From the NCBI GenBank assembly GCA_000165345.1, contig CM000434.1, forward strand, positions 1,024,001 through 1,088,000: 64,000 bases of DNA. Direction: 5' to 3'. Position numbers and translations under genes: made by a program. Positions 21,696 through 32,000 of the stretch are shown piece after piece (within the stretch, counting starts at the first letter, position 1; each line of letters begins with the position of its first letter). The notes beneath the pieces were generated by a model. That model saw only the letters and a program-made list of their open reading frames with translations, was not told where the DNA came from and searched no databases.

Positions 21696-24668
21696 ATGGA
21701 AGATGAATCAGAATTTCAAGAAACTCATAAGAGTAGTTTAGAGTCGGAATTAAGATGGTATAAGGAGAATTTTGAACAAATAAAAAACGATTTACTCTCT
21801 AAATTGAATAAAGGCAGAAGTTCTAACTCAGAAATATCATGTGTGCTGCAAAATGAAACAAACAATATCGGTAAAATCTTTTTCGGAAAACCTATCAGAG
21901 ACTTTTCCTCGTTTTCCAATGTAATTCGAAATGTTTCAAAAAAAATTACCTTCAATAGTGATAGCCATGCATGCACACACCCGCATGCAAACACCGGTAT
22001 TGAAAATACATACGTGGCAGAGATTTCGGATAATCATGTGGACAACATAATTAGTAATCACAAAAAAGTTGAAGAGTTGTGTAAGGAAGAGAATGAAGAT
22101 GAAGTTATAGAATTGAAAGTATTGGGATGTGGAGGAAGGGAAGTAGAGGAGATTGTATCAAGCTCATCTTCTAGCAAGGAGAATTTATATACAATTTTGA
22201 ATATCCTGCCAAATTCTGACTTTTCAACGGTTAAAACAAAGTCCAGAAAGAATACAACAAAGAAAAGCTCTTCAAACGAGAAAAAGTTATTGAATTGCAG
22301 GAGAAAAGTTCAGGTCAATGAGAAGGACCAAGATTGGGAAAGGGAAGATTTTGAATGGTCAGAGGATATGAAAAGAATCAATGAGCAAGTTTTTGGCAAT
22401 GAATCATTTAGGTCAAATCAAAGACAGATAATGAATGCAGTGGTTTCTCAAAGGGACGTTTTTGTTATGATGCCAACAGGAGGAGGAAAGTCACTTTGTT
22501 TCCAGCTTCCTGGCCTTTTAAAATATAACAACCCTGCAAGTGTGACGGTGGTTATCATGCCCTTAGTTGCACTTATGGTTGACCAAATTGAACAGTTGAA
22601 TATACTCGGCATTAAATGTGCAAGTTTGAATAGTAATCAGTCTGCAGATGAGTTGAATCATATTACATCCTTACTGAAGAAGGGAGATCCTGAAACATGT
22701 CCTGCCTTTCTATTTGTAACTCCCGAAAAGCTTAAGCATTCAAAGACTTTGTTTTCACTACTAAAGCAAATTAATGATGAATCAAGATTATTAAGATTTG
22801 CAATTGATGAGGCTCATTGTGTTTGTCAATGGGGATTTGACTTTAGACCTGACTATATTCAACTTTGTAAACTCAGAGAAGAGTTCCCAAATGTCCCGAT
22901 AATAGCATTAACTGCCACTGCCACTCATAGTATTTTGAGTGATGTAATTAAACAACTAAAGATGCGATCTCCTGCTATCTTTAGTCTTTCTTTTGACAGA
23001 CCAAATCTAAAATATGAGGTAAGAGCTAAAAGTGGAAGTAAAAAAAAGATGCTCAATGAGATCTGTGAGCTGCTTAGATCTCCACGGTTTTGTAGATCAA
23101 CAAGTATTATCTACTGTTTGAGCAGAAATGAGTGCGAAGAAGTCTCCAAAGATTTGAACAAGGAAGGAATTTCTGCAACATATTACCATGGATCCATGAA
23201 AGAAGATAAGCGGAATCTGGCACAAAGAAGATGGATGAATGACGAAAAGCAGGTCATGGTAGCAACCATAGCATTTGGAATGGGAATCAATAAAAAAGAT
23301 GTTAGACTTGTGATTCATCTATCCATGCCAAAATCCCTTGAAAACTATTACCAAGAAAGTGGTAGAGCTGGAAGAGATGGACTAGAGTCTAAATGTATAT
23401 TATATTACTCTTACAAAGATGTCTCTAGATTACAAACTTTAGCAGGAGTTAACATTGAAAAACCTTCCAAAAAGTATTATACCTCCAAGAATAACTCTTC
23501 AAATAACAAATCCACAATTGATGGACTTTTAGGTATGGTGAAATATTGTGAAGAACAATATAAATGCAGAAGAACAATGATTCTAAGCCATTTTGGAGAG
23601 GATTTTAAAGGAAAATGTAAGGTTAAATGCGATAATTGTATGAGATCTGAATTAGAAAAGCCGACTAACATTAATGTGGAAGGTCTTGCTCGTCAAGTCT
23701 TTCACTCAGTAAGAATGAGCCTTCAAGAACAGGCAAGAGCTACAAAAACCTATGGATTTTTAACTTTATCTAGCTTAGCAGAAATCTTAAAAGGAAAGAA
23801 AAAGAAAGATAAGCAATCAAAAGGCTCCCTTAAAGACTGTATTGGTCTTCTTAATGATACAAATATTTGGAAGCCAGGAAATCTGCAAAGATTCCTGCAT
23901 TTGTTTATTATTAATCAGCTTTTTTCTGAGAATTTGGTTCAACTCAAAAATGGAGTATCAGTTGCTTCTCTTAAAATTGATAAACAAGCAGAAAAACAAG
24001 ATATCTATGAACTCGACTTTTCTTGTTTCAAAGCCTTACAGTTAGAGTCCATCTACTCTACTCCAATTCCAGAATCAAATAATGTTAATTTGGGCCATAA
24101 TATTAACTCATCTCTTTCCTTGTATTCTTTTAACTCAAAACAATCTTCTTCAGATATTAATTTTGCTAATAATGGCTTAATATCTAACTCTAACAACATA
24201 GAGAACTTGAATCACGATAAGAATCTCAAGGAATCCAGAAGAAAAAGACAATTCATTGATAAAGGATCTCCCCATTCAATAGTTAAGAAGAAGCAGGCAA
24301 ATTTGATGTATCAAGAATCTAACAGTGAAAATGAACAGCTTAAAGATTTTAGAAATCAATTACTTTTACTAAGAAGAAACTTAGCTGCAGAGTTTGGAAT
24401 CTCTAATACCAACTCTATTGCATCAAAGGAAGCTATTGATGCTCTTGTTGAGAATCTCCCGCTTTCATTAGATGCTCTTAAAACACTTCCTGGATGGGGC
24501 GCAAGGCAAAAACTTGAAAGATTTGGTCTCAGATTCATCTCAAAGGTCAGAGATTTTGTTGATTCCAAGTCAACCAATATGTTTTATACCGAAAAGAATT
24601 ATACTTGTCCAATTGACCTTATTAATCCTGAAGATCTGGACAAAGAACTAGATCTTATTTGGCAATAA
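21696..24668 (+). CDS. RecQ-family ATP-dependent DNA helicase (BLM/Sgs1-like: helicase core, RQC Zn region, HRDC)
   Basis: Motif 0/I FRSNQRQIMNAVVSQRDVFVMMPTGGGKSLCFQLP, DEAH box DEAHCVCQWGFDFRPDY, motif III ALTATAT, motif VI YYQESGRAGRDG. RQC zinc cluster CRRTMILSHF...CKVKCDNC. C-terminal HRDC-like helix bundle (LLLLRRNLAAEFGISNTNSIASKEAIDALVENLPLSLDALKTLPGWGARQ). Confidence 0.92.
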   Translation: MEDESEFQETHKSSLESELRWYKENFEQIKNDLLSKLNKGRSSNSEISCVLQNETNNIGKIFFGKPIRDFSSFSNVIRNVSKKITFNSDSHACTHPHANTGIENTYVAEISDNHVDNIISNHKKVEELCKEENEDEVIELKVLGCGGREVEEIVSSSSSSKENLYTILNILPNSDFSTVKTKSRKNTTKKSSSNEKKLLNCRRKVQVNEKDQDWEREDFEWSEDMKRINEQVFGNESFRSNQRQIMNAVVSQRDVFVMMPTGGGKSLCFQLPGLLKYNNPASVTVVIMPLVALMVDQIEQLNILGIKCASLNSNQSADELNHITSLLKKGDPETCPAFLFVTPEKLKHSKTLFSLLKQINDESRLLRFAIDEAHCVCQWGFDFRPDYIQLCKLREEFPNVPIIALTATATHSILSDVIKQLKMRSPAIFSLSFDRPNLKYEVRAKSGSKKKMLNEICELLRSPRFCRSTSIIYCLSRNECEEVSKDLNKEGISATYYHGSMKEDKRNLAQRRWMNDEKQVMVATIAFGMGINKKDVRLVIHLSMPKSLENYYQESGRAGRDGLESKCILYYSYKDVSRLQTLAGVNIEKPSKKYYTSKNNSSNNKSTIDGLLGMVKYCEEQYKCRRTMILSHFGEDFKGKCKVKCDNCMRSELEKPTNINVEGLARQVFHSVRMSLQEQARATKTYGFLTLSSLAEILKGKKKKDKQSKGSLKDCIGLLNDTNIWKPGNLQRFLHLFIINQLFSENLVQLKNGVSVASLKIDKQAEKQDIYELDFSCFKALQLESIYSTPIPESNNVNLGHNINSSLSLYSFNSKQSSSDINFANNGLISNSNNIENLNHDKNLKESRRKRQFIDKGSPHSIVKKKQANLMYQESNSENEQLKDFRNQLLLLRRNLAAEFGISNTNSIASKEAIDALVENLPLSLDALKTLPGWGARQKLERFGLRFISKVRDFVDSKSTNMFYTEKNYTCPIDLINPEDLDKELDLIWQ

Positions 24669-24947
24669 CTTATCATAGTTATCTCTAATTTGCTTAATTA
24701 AACTATTTTTCTTATAAGTCTCTTTAACCAGATAATCATAATATTTATTCTTTACTAGAATCCATTTAATGTTATTAATATGGCAATTTGGCGGGAATTT
24801 TATGCAATTCTTATTTGTTGTGCATGGCCTCGTTTGGCGCCCAGTCTGTGTATAAATGAGGTATAATGTTCAACTTGTATTTTAATAGAAGTTGTTGGTT
24901 CAAATTTGTAGATCCAAAGTTCGTTATGATCTTATTGCATTTCCAAG

Positions 24948-25952
24948 CTAGGGATCAATGGGTTGTTTATTCAACAAGATTCCATTGAAAGATACACATA
25001 GTTTGTTGACGGATTGTCCATGTTCTAAAAAGCTGGTATTTTGTGTTTTAGATCTACTATGATATTTTGGAGCTGGAGAGAACTCTACTAAAGGGTAATT
25101 CTCAAGCTTTTTTCCTCTGAATGAAATGGTTTCTATTGATCTTCGATGTCTAAAATTGTATTTATCTTTAGTCTCAAGCTCTATTCGATCTTTATTTTTG
25201 TTAACTAAATTAGTCTCCTCTTCACTATTGGAGGAATTCTCATCATTAGAAACTTCTAAGCAGCTTGAATCAGAAGTGCAAAGATCAGTGTTTGATTCTG
25301 AGCTTATTAATAAAATTGGCTCTTCGTTCACTTGAGTATATTTACAAACATTAATTTCTTCTTGGATATTATTCGAGAAATAATGTTTAATTTTTGTCTT
25401 GAGATTATTTGCTGAGCTGTTCAGTGAATCTATTTTGTTTAATAAATCTAATTTATCTTTTTGAGAAGGCTTTTCTTTCTTTGAGATTGATATTTCCTTC
25501 AAAATATTATTTGTTTTTTTAACAAGATTGGAGTCACTTTTTCCTTCGAAAAGTTTACAACTAATCCTAAAATGAGTACAATTCTTGAAAATATAGTTTA
25601 ATTTCCTTAGTTCAAGTGTATGAAAGTGGACATCCTCCAACTCACAATCATTCTTAAGACTTATGAAAGCAAGAAACATCTTTGAGTAAGAAAGCACTAA
25701 AAATTTGTAATAAGCATCAAGTTTGTTCATGTTTGTAATTCTTTGTATTTCACTACTCATTGTTATTTTATAAGCATTGGATTCATTTCTCAAGCTAATT
25801 TCCCTGAATATATTTCCAAGTTTATTTTCAATCCTTTCACTGCATTTTTGTGAGCTTTCTGTGACTTTTCTTTCCTTATTATTTTTGAGCTTTTGTAAAA
25901 CTAAATTGTTATGTTTATAGCCATCAAAAGCTATTTTGTCAGAAATCTCCAT
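24948..25952 (-). CDS. Hypothetical protein (K/N/S-rich, no recognisable domain)
   Basis: 334-aa ORF with a true ATG (MEISDK). It is the longest frame in a region lacking alternatives. Composition is typical of lineage-specific low-complexity proteins, and no motif was recognised. Confidence 0.4.
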   Translation of the reverse strand: MEISDKIAFDGYKHNNLVLQKLKNNKERKVTESSQKCSERIENKLGNIFREISLRNESNAYKITMSSEIQRITNMNKLDAYYKFLVLSYSKMFLAFISLKNDCELEDVHFHTLELRKLNYIFKNCTHFRISCKLFEGKSDSNLVKKTNNILKEISISKKEKPSQKDKLDLLNKIDSLNSSANNLKTKIKHYFSNNIQEEINVCKYTQVNEEPILLISSESNTDLCTSDSSCLEVSNDENSSNSEEETNLVNKNKDRIELETKDKYNFRHRRSIETISFRGKKLENYPLVEFSPAPKYHSRSKTQNTSFLEHGQSVNKLCVSFNGILLNKQPIDP

Positions 25953-26012
25953 GTTTTTACTTTGTTCCTTCCTTTCACTCTAAATTAATCCTTGAATTTT
26001 AAAATTTATATG

Positions 26013-26090
26013 TATAAACAAAAATATATGAATATATATATTAACCCAATATATATATTCATATAAATATATATATTGGATTAATATGTA
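26013..26090. repeat. AT-dinucleotide palindromic block
   Basis: atatgaatatatatat-taaccc-aatatatatattcatat has 16-nt inverted arms. It is followed by aaatatatatattggattaatatg, which repeats the arm. The block lies in the divergent intergenic region 25953..26991. Confidence 0.6.
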
Positions 26091-26991
26091 AGTTTATTAA
26101 AAAACATTATTTTTTGAGAAAGCCAGAATGAATTCTAGAGCTTTTCAATTGAAGAAAGAAAGCGAAATGTATACAATTTGAATATTTTGACAAATTTTAA
26201 TCTTCATGTAAGTTTTAATTAATTTACCGGTACTTTTGCCTTGTCATTAATATGTGCACCCGAGTGTGCACACAGCATTGCCTCGATGTGATTTCAAAAG
26301 AATTATTAAAAATAATAATTGAGTGAAAATCTGGCAAATTTAAGACATGTCTACACAAATATTTTGAGTAATCTTTTCTTTTCCCGTCAAATGCTTAATT
26401 TCATATTCATCAACCATTTTCTTTCACCCAAATATGTAATCCTATGTGGGCAATATTAAATTAATTTAATAGAATTTTTCGTATTCAACAAGTAATGAAC
26501 TTTTTAAGACTAAATTAAGTTTTGATATTATTTCTATCGCAAATACCTAAATAAATATTTACTAGCTTACTCTACAATTCGACTTTAGTTGTTTTATCTC
26601 CTATCTTTTTCTCCACCCCAATTTTTTTTTTTATTTAATTGTTGACATTTACCGGTACATGCAATTTTGCTTGCATGAAATTCATGTGGATAATGCATGA
26701 ATTTAGAAAAAAAATATTCAATACCGGTGAAGGATTTAATGTGGATGCATGCAATAATGTTATTATGGGACTAAGTAGAGGAAATTTTCGTCAAATAATG
26801 AATGAGAAAAAAAATAAGTAGAAAGTGGAAAAGGAAAATAGGAATAATTATTGTTAATTTTGTATATTAGTGTAGAAAATAATATACATATATGTAAAAG
26901 AGAACAAAAAGAGTTAGGTTTTTTTTAAGAGTTTAACCATAGTTGTTGATTTTTATTAAAAAATTTGAATAAGATTATTAAAGAAGAGCCA

Positions 26992-28242
26992 ATGTCTGAA
27001 AAGAATATTATACCATTTCAGGAGGAAGAGACGAATAATGAAAAAAAGTTGGGAGTTTATGAAAAACAGGATTTGAGTGAAAGGAGGAAAGAGCTTTGGA
27101 TAATTTCAAAAAGTCTTGGGGCAATTACATTGGTATCTGCAGTAATGAATCTGGTTTTGGTTGGGATAATGATATTTATGGTAAACAGCCTAATTAAAGG
27201 CATAATATCAGAACATTCCAGGCAAATAGCAATTCAAAAGGGGATGTTATCAAACTTTATTGAAAGGAATTCAAGAATAGAAAAAAGTGTTCATAATGAA
27301 AGGATGAATTTTAACGATCATTGGAGGAAAGGAGCTGGAATACTTCCATTAAATATGCTTTACAATGCGCCATTAAAAAGTCTAGAGAATGTAGATGCTA
27401 TCATACTAGAGTTTGATGAACCAGAACAAATCGAATCTGGAAATCAAGAGAAAAAAATTAAAGGAAAAAGGCACCAGCATATGTATCATGTTGAATCCAT
27501 TACAAGAGAAGTTTCAGTAGAAGAGATGGAAGGAGGAAAACATAAAAAAAAAGAGGAAGCTGTATTAAAGTTTAACTTAACCAATCAAGGTACACTCACT
27601 GTTTATAAGGATAAAGCTATTTTAAGAGATAGGTTAGGAAACAAAGTGCATGAACTTTTCTTTGAATCAGAAAATCAAACTCATGAATATCAAAGCAAAG
27701 AAGCGGAAAAATTGCTCAGATCCGACTCAAAAGACGAGGAAAATGAAAAACAAGGTCACATACAACCTAATAATAGAAAGCTTATATCTTCCAATTCACA
27801 CAAGCACTCAGCATCCCATTCTTTGAAAACTCAAAGTGGTTATATGGCAGCTGTATGTAAATATGGATGCGGAGAAATGGGAGTAACCTACCCCTATTAC
27901 TATCGCCCCTTCTTTGGATATGGATTTCCTTTACTAGGTACTGAACCGTATTTCCAAAGTGGATATGGAGGTAATGTTGAAACTGCCATGAATAATAATA
28001 TGTTCAACCCTGAATCAGCTGGTCCTCGTCCTCCAGGAGTACAAGCAACTCCACAAACTTCACCATTTGCAATGGGCGAAAATCCATATAGCTATCCATA
28101 CTCATCTAGCCCAGGAGGAGGATACTATTATTACTATAACTTCTACCCTCCACCTCCCCCAATGCAACCAGAACCGTTCCCATATTACGAAGAAAGCTAT
28201 TACAATATTCCCCAAAATAACACAGAAGAAGAAGAAGAATAA
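26992..28242 (+). CDS. Hypothetical type-II (signal-anchor) membrane protein with a Tyr/Pro/Gly-rich C-terminal region
   Basis: The track ORF starts at a TTG (26965); the first ATG is 26992 (MSEKNIIPF). Single hydrophobic anchor AITLVSAVMNLVLVGIMIFMV near residue 45. C-terminus: YGCGEMGVTYPYYYRPFFGYGF...GGGYYYYYNFYPPPPPMQPEPFPYYEESYY. Confidence 0.5.
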   Translation: MSEKNIIPFQEEETNNEKKLGVYEKQDLSERRKELWIISKSLGAITLVSAVMNLVLVGIMIFMVNSLIKGIISEHSRQIAIQKGMLSNFIERNSRIEKSVHNERMNFNDHWRKGAGILPLNMLYNAPLKSLENVDAIILEFDEPEQIESGNQEKKIKGKRHQHMYHVESITREVSVEEMEGGKHKKKEEAVLKFNLTNQGTLTVYKDKAILRDRLGNKVHELFFESENQTHEYQSKEAEKLLRSDSKDEENEKQGHIQPNNRKLISSNSHKHSASHSLKTQSGYMAAVCKYGCGEMGVTYPYYYRPFFGYGFPLLGTEPYFQSGYGGNVETAMNNNMFNPESAGPRPPGVQATPQTSPFAMGENPYSYPYSSSPGGGYYYYYNFYPPPPPMQPEPFPYYEESYYNIPQNNTEEEEE

Positions 28243-28454
28243 TCCCCTCCTTCTCCCCACATATCCTCTATCAAGTCTTTATCTAAGCAGAATAATAATA
28301 AATTCTCTCTGTAAAACGATTGCCGCCAATACTATGACTACCCATTTTGCATGTACCAGTCATTTGTTAACTTTGACGTGTTTATTATTGGCGCCAAATT
28401 TCTAAGGTTAAAAAAGAAATCGAGGGAATAAAGTTGAAAAGAAAAGGACTAATC

Positions 28455-28742
28455 ATGGAGGGAGAAAAGGAGAACAGTTCTATTCAGGCTATTGAAAAAC
28501 TTCAACTACTGCAAAGAGTTGTAGAATCACAGAAGATGATGGCAAAGTTGACTTCTAGGTGTTATAAGAAGTGTGTTGTGGGAGGATCAGGAGGTGGAGG
28601 AAAGAGTCTAACGAGGAAAGAGAAACTTTGTTTGTGGAACTGTGCCCAGAACTTTCTTGAGAGTTCGGAATTCGTTGCTTCAAGAATCACGATGGTGGAA
28701 GATACGTCTTTATCCAATCAAAAGGACTCGGAGAAGTCTTAA
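28455..28742 (+). CDS. Small Tim family protein (Tim9/Tim10-like, twin CX3C zinc finger)
   Basis: The track ORF begins on a TTG (28434); the first ATG is 28455 (MEGEKEN). Twin CX3C motif: CYKKC-(19 aa)-CLWNC, in the helix-loop-helix context typical of small Tims (...AKLTSRCYKKCV...KEKLCLWNCAQNFLESSEF). A Gly-rich insert (GGSGGGG) sits between the two half-motifs. Confidence 0.55.
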   Translation: MEGEKENSSIQAIEKLQLLQRVVESQKMMAKLTSRCYKKCVVGGSGGGGKSLTRKEKLCLWNCAQNFLESSEFVASRITMVEDTSLSNQKDSEKS

Positions 28743-29013
28743 AGCTAAATAACAAAAAAGCCCAAAAATAGAAATTATCTCAAATCTAATACTTTAATAA
28801 TATAAATAACCTCTTACTACGATTAAATTATTGAACAACCACTTAATAATGTTTGAAAAAAAAGAAAAGCCGAGAGATATGTTCAACAAATTGGTTCGAA
28901 TCTATCACTATGTATCATATTGGTACTTCAACTTAGAGATTACTTATATTCGAGTTATCAAATTCAAATCAAAACAACGGATTCATCAATCGCAGCTCCC
29001 AATATTAAATTAA

Positions 29014-32000
29014 TCAATGGTATGTTGCGGCTTCTCTCCACATGACAAAGTTCTCAATAATTCCATCTCTTTCACTCTTTGATTTTGCTTTTAATGAAAG
29101 TTCCATACCCTGTGGCTGGTCTTCTGATGGTGGCCCAACTACTACAAAGCAAGTAGGTCCAGTAATCTTCCTTGGTTCTACCATATTTGCAGCCTTCAAA
29201 ACCGTACTTTGGAGGCCTTTCCAAATGTTTCTAATCTTTCCAATTGGCAAGGAGTTATTGAAATCATTATCTTTAGTACCAACCTTCCATTCAAGTTTGT
29301 ACAAGTCTTGAGAAGCTCTCCATGTAAACTCATCTCTTGACTTCCCATCCAAAACTATCTTAAGTTTTCCACCGTTTCTCAAGAAGTCTTTGGTCTCCTT
29401 TGGCAAATCTTGTACACCATTTGGATAAGGTTCAACATTCCAATGAGTAATATCGAAGTCAAATTCACCACAAAGAACTGATAAAGCTGAGTAATCACCA
29501 GACATTATGGCTGTGCTTACACCTGTGACGAAGTCCTTTCTTGCTCCTTTTGCTTTAGAAGCTGAATTTTCTAAAGCATTTCTAAAGTCATCATTTACTA
29601 TTCCTGGAACTAAATCTAACGCGTATTTGCTCAAGAATGAAATATACTGACATATCAAAGCAGTAGAATCCATATCAGAAGCAAAAATTGTCATTACTTT
29701 GCTCATTACATTCACAGTTTCACTGTTTGCTATTGATTCAATACATAAATTCTCAGAAAGTAAATAAGCCATAATACCAAATCCAGCTCTCATTAAACGA
29801 AGATGTCTTCCATTCTCCTCCTTGTGAATTGCATGATTCACAGATTTTACAATTGCATTGCAATCATTCACATCCAACTGGCAAACTTGGTATCCTTTTG
29901 GTGCATCAGCTGCACTATATTCTGAGTCTGGGCTTCCTGAATAAAGAAGTCCAAGCAATACACGAATAGCTTCTACAAGAACAAGAGTCTGATCTGAGCT
30001 ATTCTTGATAGATTCACAAATTGACTGTGCTCCACCAATACTAAGGAAGTCTAAAGCATTGCTTGGATCTGACATACAACGACGAAGGAGTCTGAAAGCT
30101 GCAATCTTAAGATCTGAACTACCTTCTTTACCTTCAACAATGCTAATAATAACTCTATATATACCAGCAGAAACCAAGTAATCCATTTGTTCAGGAACTG
30201 AAGTCTGATATGATAAAAGATGAATAGCAGAGGTCATTAATCCTGTATCATAATCGTTCTTTAGTAATTGTTTAATTACTATATCAGTTCCATTTGCCTT
30301 AAAGAAGTCTGCTGCATTACTTGGACTTCTACAAAGCATTGAAAGAACATCGAAACATAATCTCTTGATGTCTGGATCATCTCCTGGAGCGTTTAATACT
30401 AAATTCAACAATGGTTGAATTAAAATATTAAATGAAGCTAATTGACTTGCCTCATTCTCAGATGCAATATTACATAAAGTACGTAATTCCATCAAAATTG
30501 TTTCTTTTGGTAAGTTGGAAGAAACTTCTAATAAATGATTGAAAACTTTCTCTATATGACTTGAAGCGAAAACTGCGATATTTGGAGTGTATAAACACAT
30601 ATTTGCTACAGCTTTTAATACTGACATAAAAGCCCTTGTTGCGATTCTTTCTTGCTCTCCATTATAAGAGTTTAAGAATTGAACAATTAATGCAGGGATA
30701 CCAGAAGATCCAAGTTCTTTCTTTGTTTCGTCTTTCTTGTATCCAAGATTTACAATCAAAACACCCAAAGAATTTATTACATCCCAATAGCCAATGTAAG
30801 AATTAAACAAAGACTTTATAATTTCTGGACCTTTTGATTTGGTAAAGATTTGTTTATTATTGGTATGTTGAATGGTTAAATTTGCTAAAGCTAAACAACC
30901 ATTTGTTACTGTTGGAGAAATCTGTTCTGGTGGCATCTTGATTGAAGCTCTAAGTAACTCACATATTGAATCAATACCACCATTCTCTCCAATTTCTGAT
31001 TTAATATTTGGAATAATTGCAAGAGAACCCAACAAATACAAAACATCTGGAAGAACTCCAATATCATTCTTTGCTTTAATGATTGCAATCAATCTCTTTA
31101 ATACATTTGCATTCAATAAAGCGCTAACAAAGTCATCAGACACAATTCTTCTTAAAGCTCTAAATACATGTCTCAAGATATTTAAAGAGTACTTTTTATT
31201 ATCATAGGCTTCCCAAATTGAAAGCAATATATCAAGCATTGAGGTTCCTACGAAGAGTTGTCTGCTAACAGCAATTTTCTCAACCAGTTGGATGCGTACA
31301 ATCAATAATTCTTCTTTTTTTGCTTCATCCATTGGACTTGCGTGGATTTCCTGAACAAAATCACAACATATCTGAGCAGTACCTGGTGCTGTTGCACATT
31401 GAATCGCTGCTTTATCAGACTTTGCAATATCAATGAGACCACTTGCAATAGCTTGTTTTGTATCACAATCTTGATTTTGAATATTTAATAACATAGTTTT
31501 TGGCCATTGGTTATCAACCAAATATTCAACATCTTCAGGAATGCTTGATATTACTTGAGCAGCCATACATCCAAATTTAAAATCAATGGAAGTTGGTCCA
31601 TCCATTTTTTGAGTAACAAGCTGAGACATTGTTTGAACAAGATACTCTAACTTCTCAGCTACAGCTGTTGACTCTGTAATACTGAGAGAAAGTCCTTCAG
31701 CTTCTCTACGTTTGAGCATATCATACACAACCTTGAGTGAAAGTTCTGCTGGTATATCAGAAGCCATGGTATTTGTAATCTCTTCAACCTTTGCCTTCAA
31801 AGCTTGTCCAAATTCATCACCATAATAATCTCCAAGCTGTGAAATTGCATTAAGTATATCATCAGTACATTGATTTTGGGACATCTCTACACCCATTCCT
31901 TGAATCTGAGCGAGATTAAGCATTAAATCAGCAACTGCATCAGCTGCATATGGATCAGCTGTTACTACTGGTAATGCAGAAGTTGCAAGAATTGGGAGTA

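Noticed and set aside
26965-26991. Track ORF starts at TTG/GTG codons (26965, 28434, 53067, 54097, 63947, 10682)
   Set aside because: The ORF track uses bacterial alternative starts. In a eukaryote, the first ATG or a splice junction was used instead.
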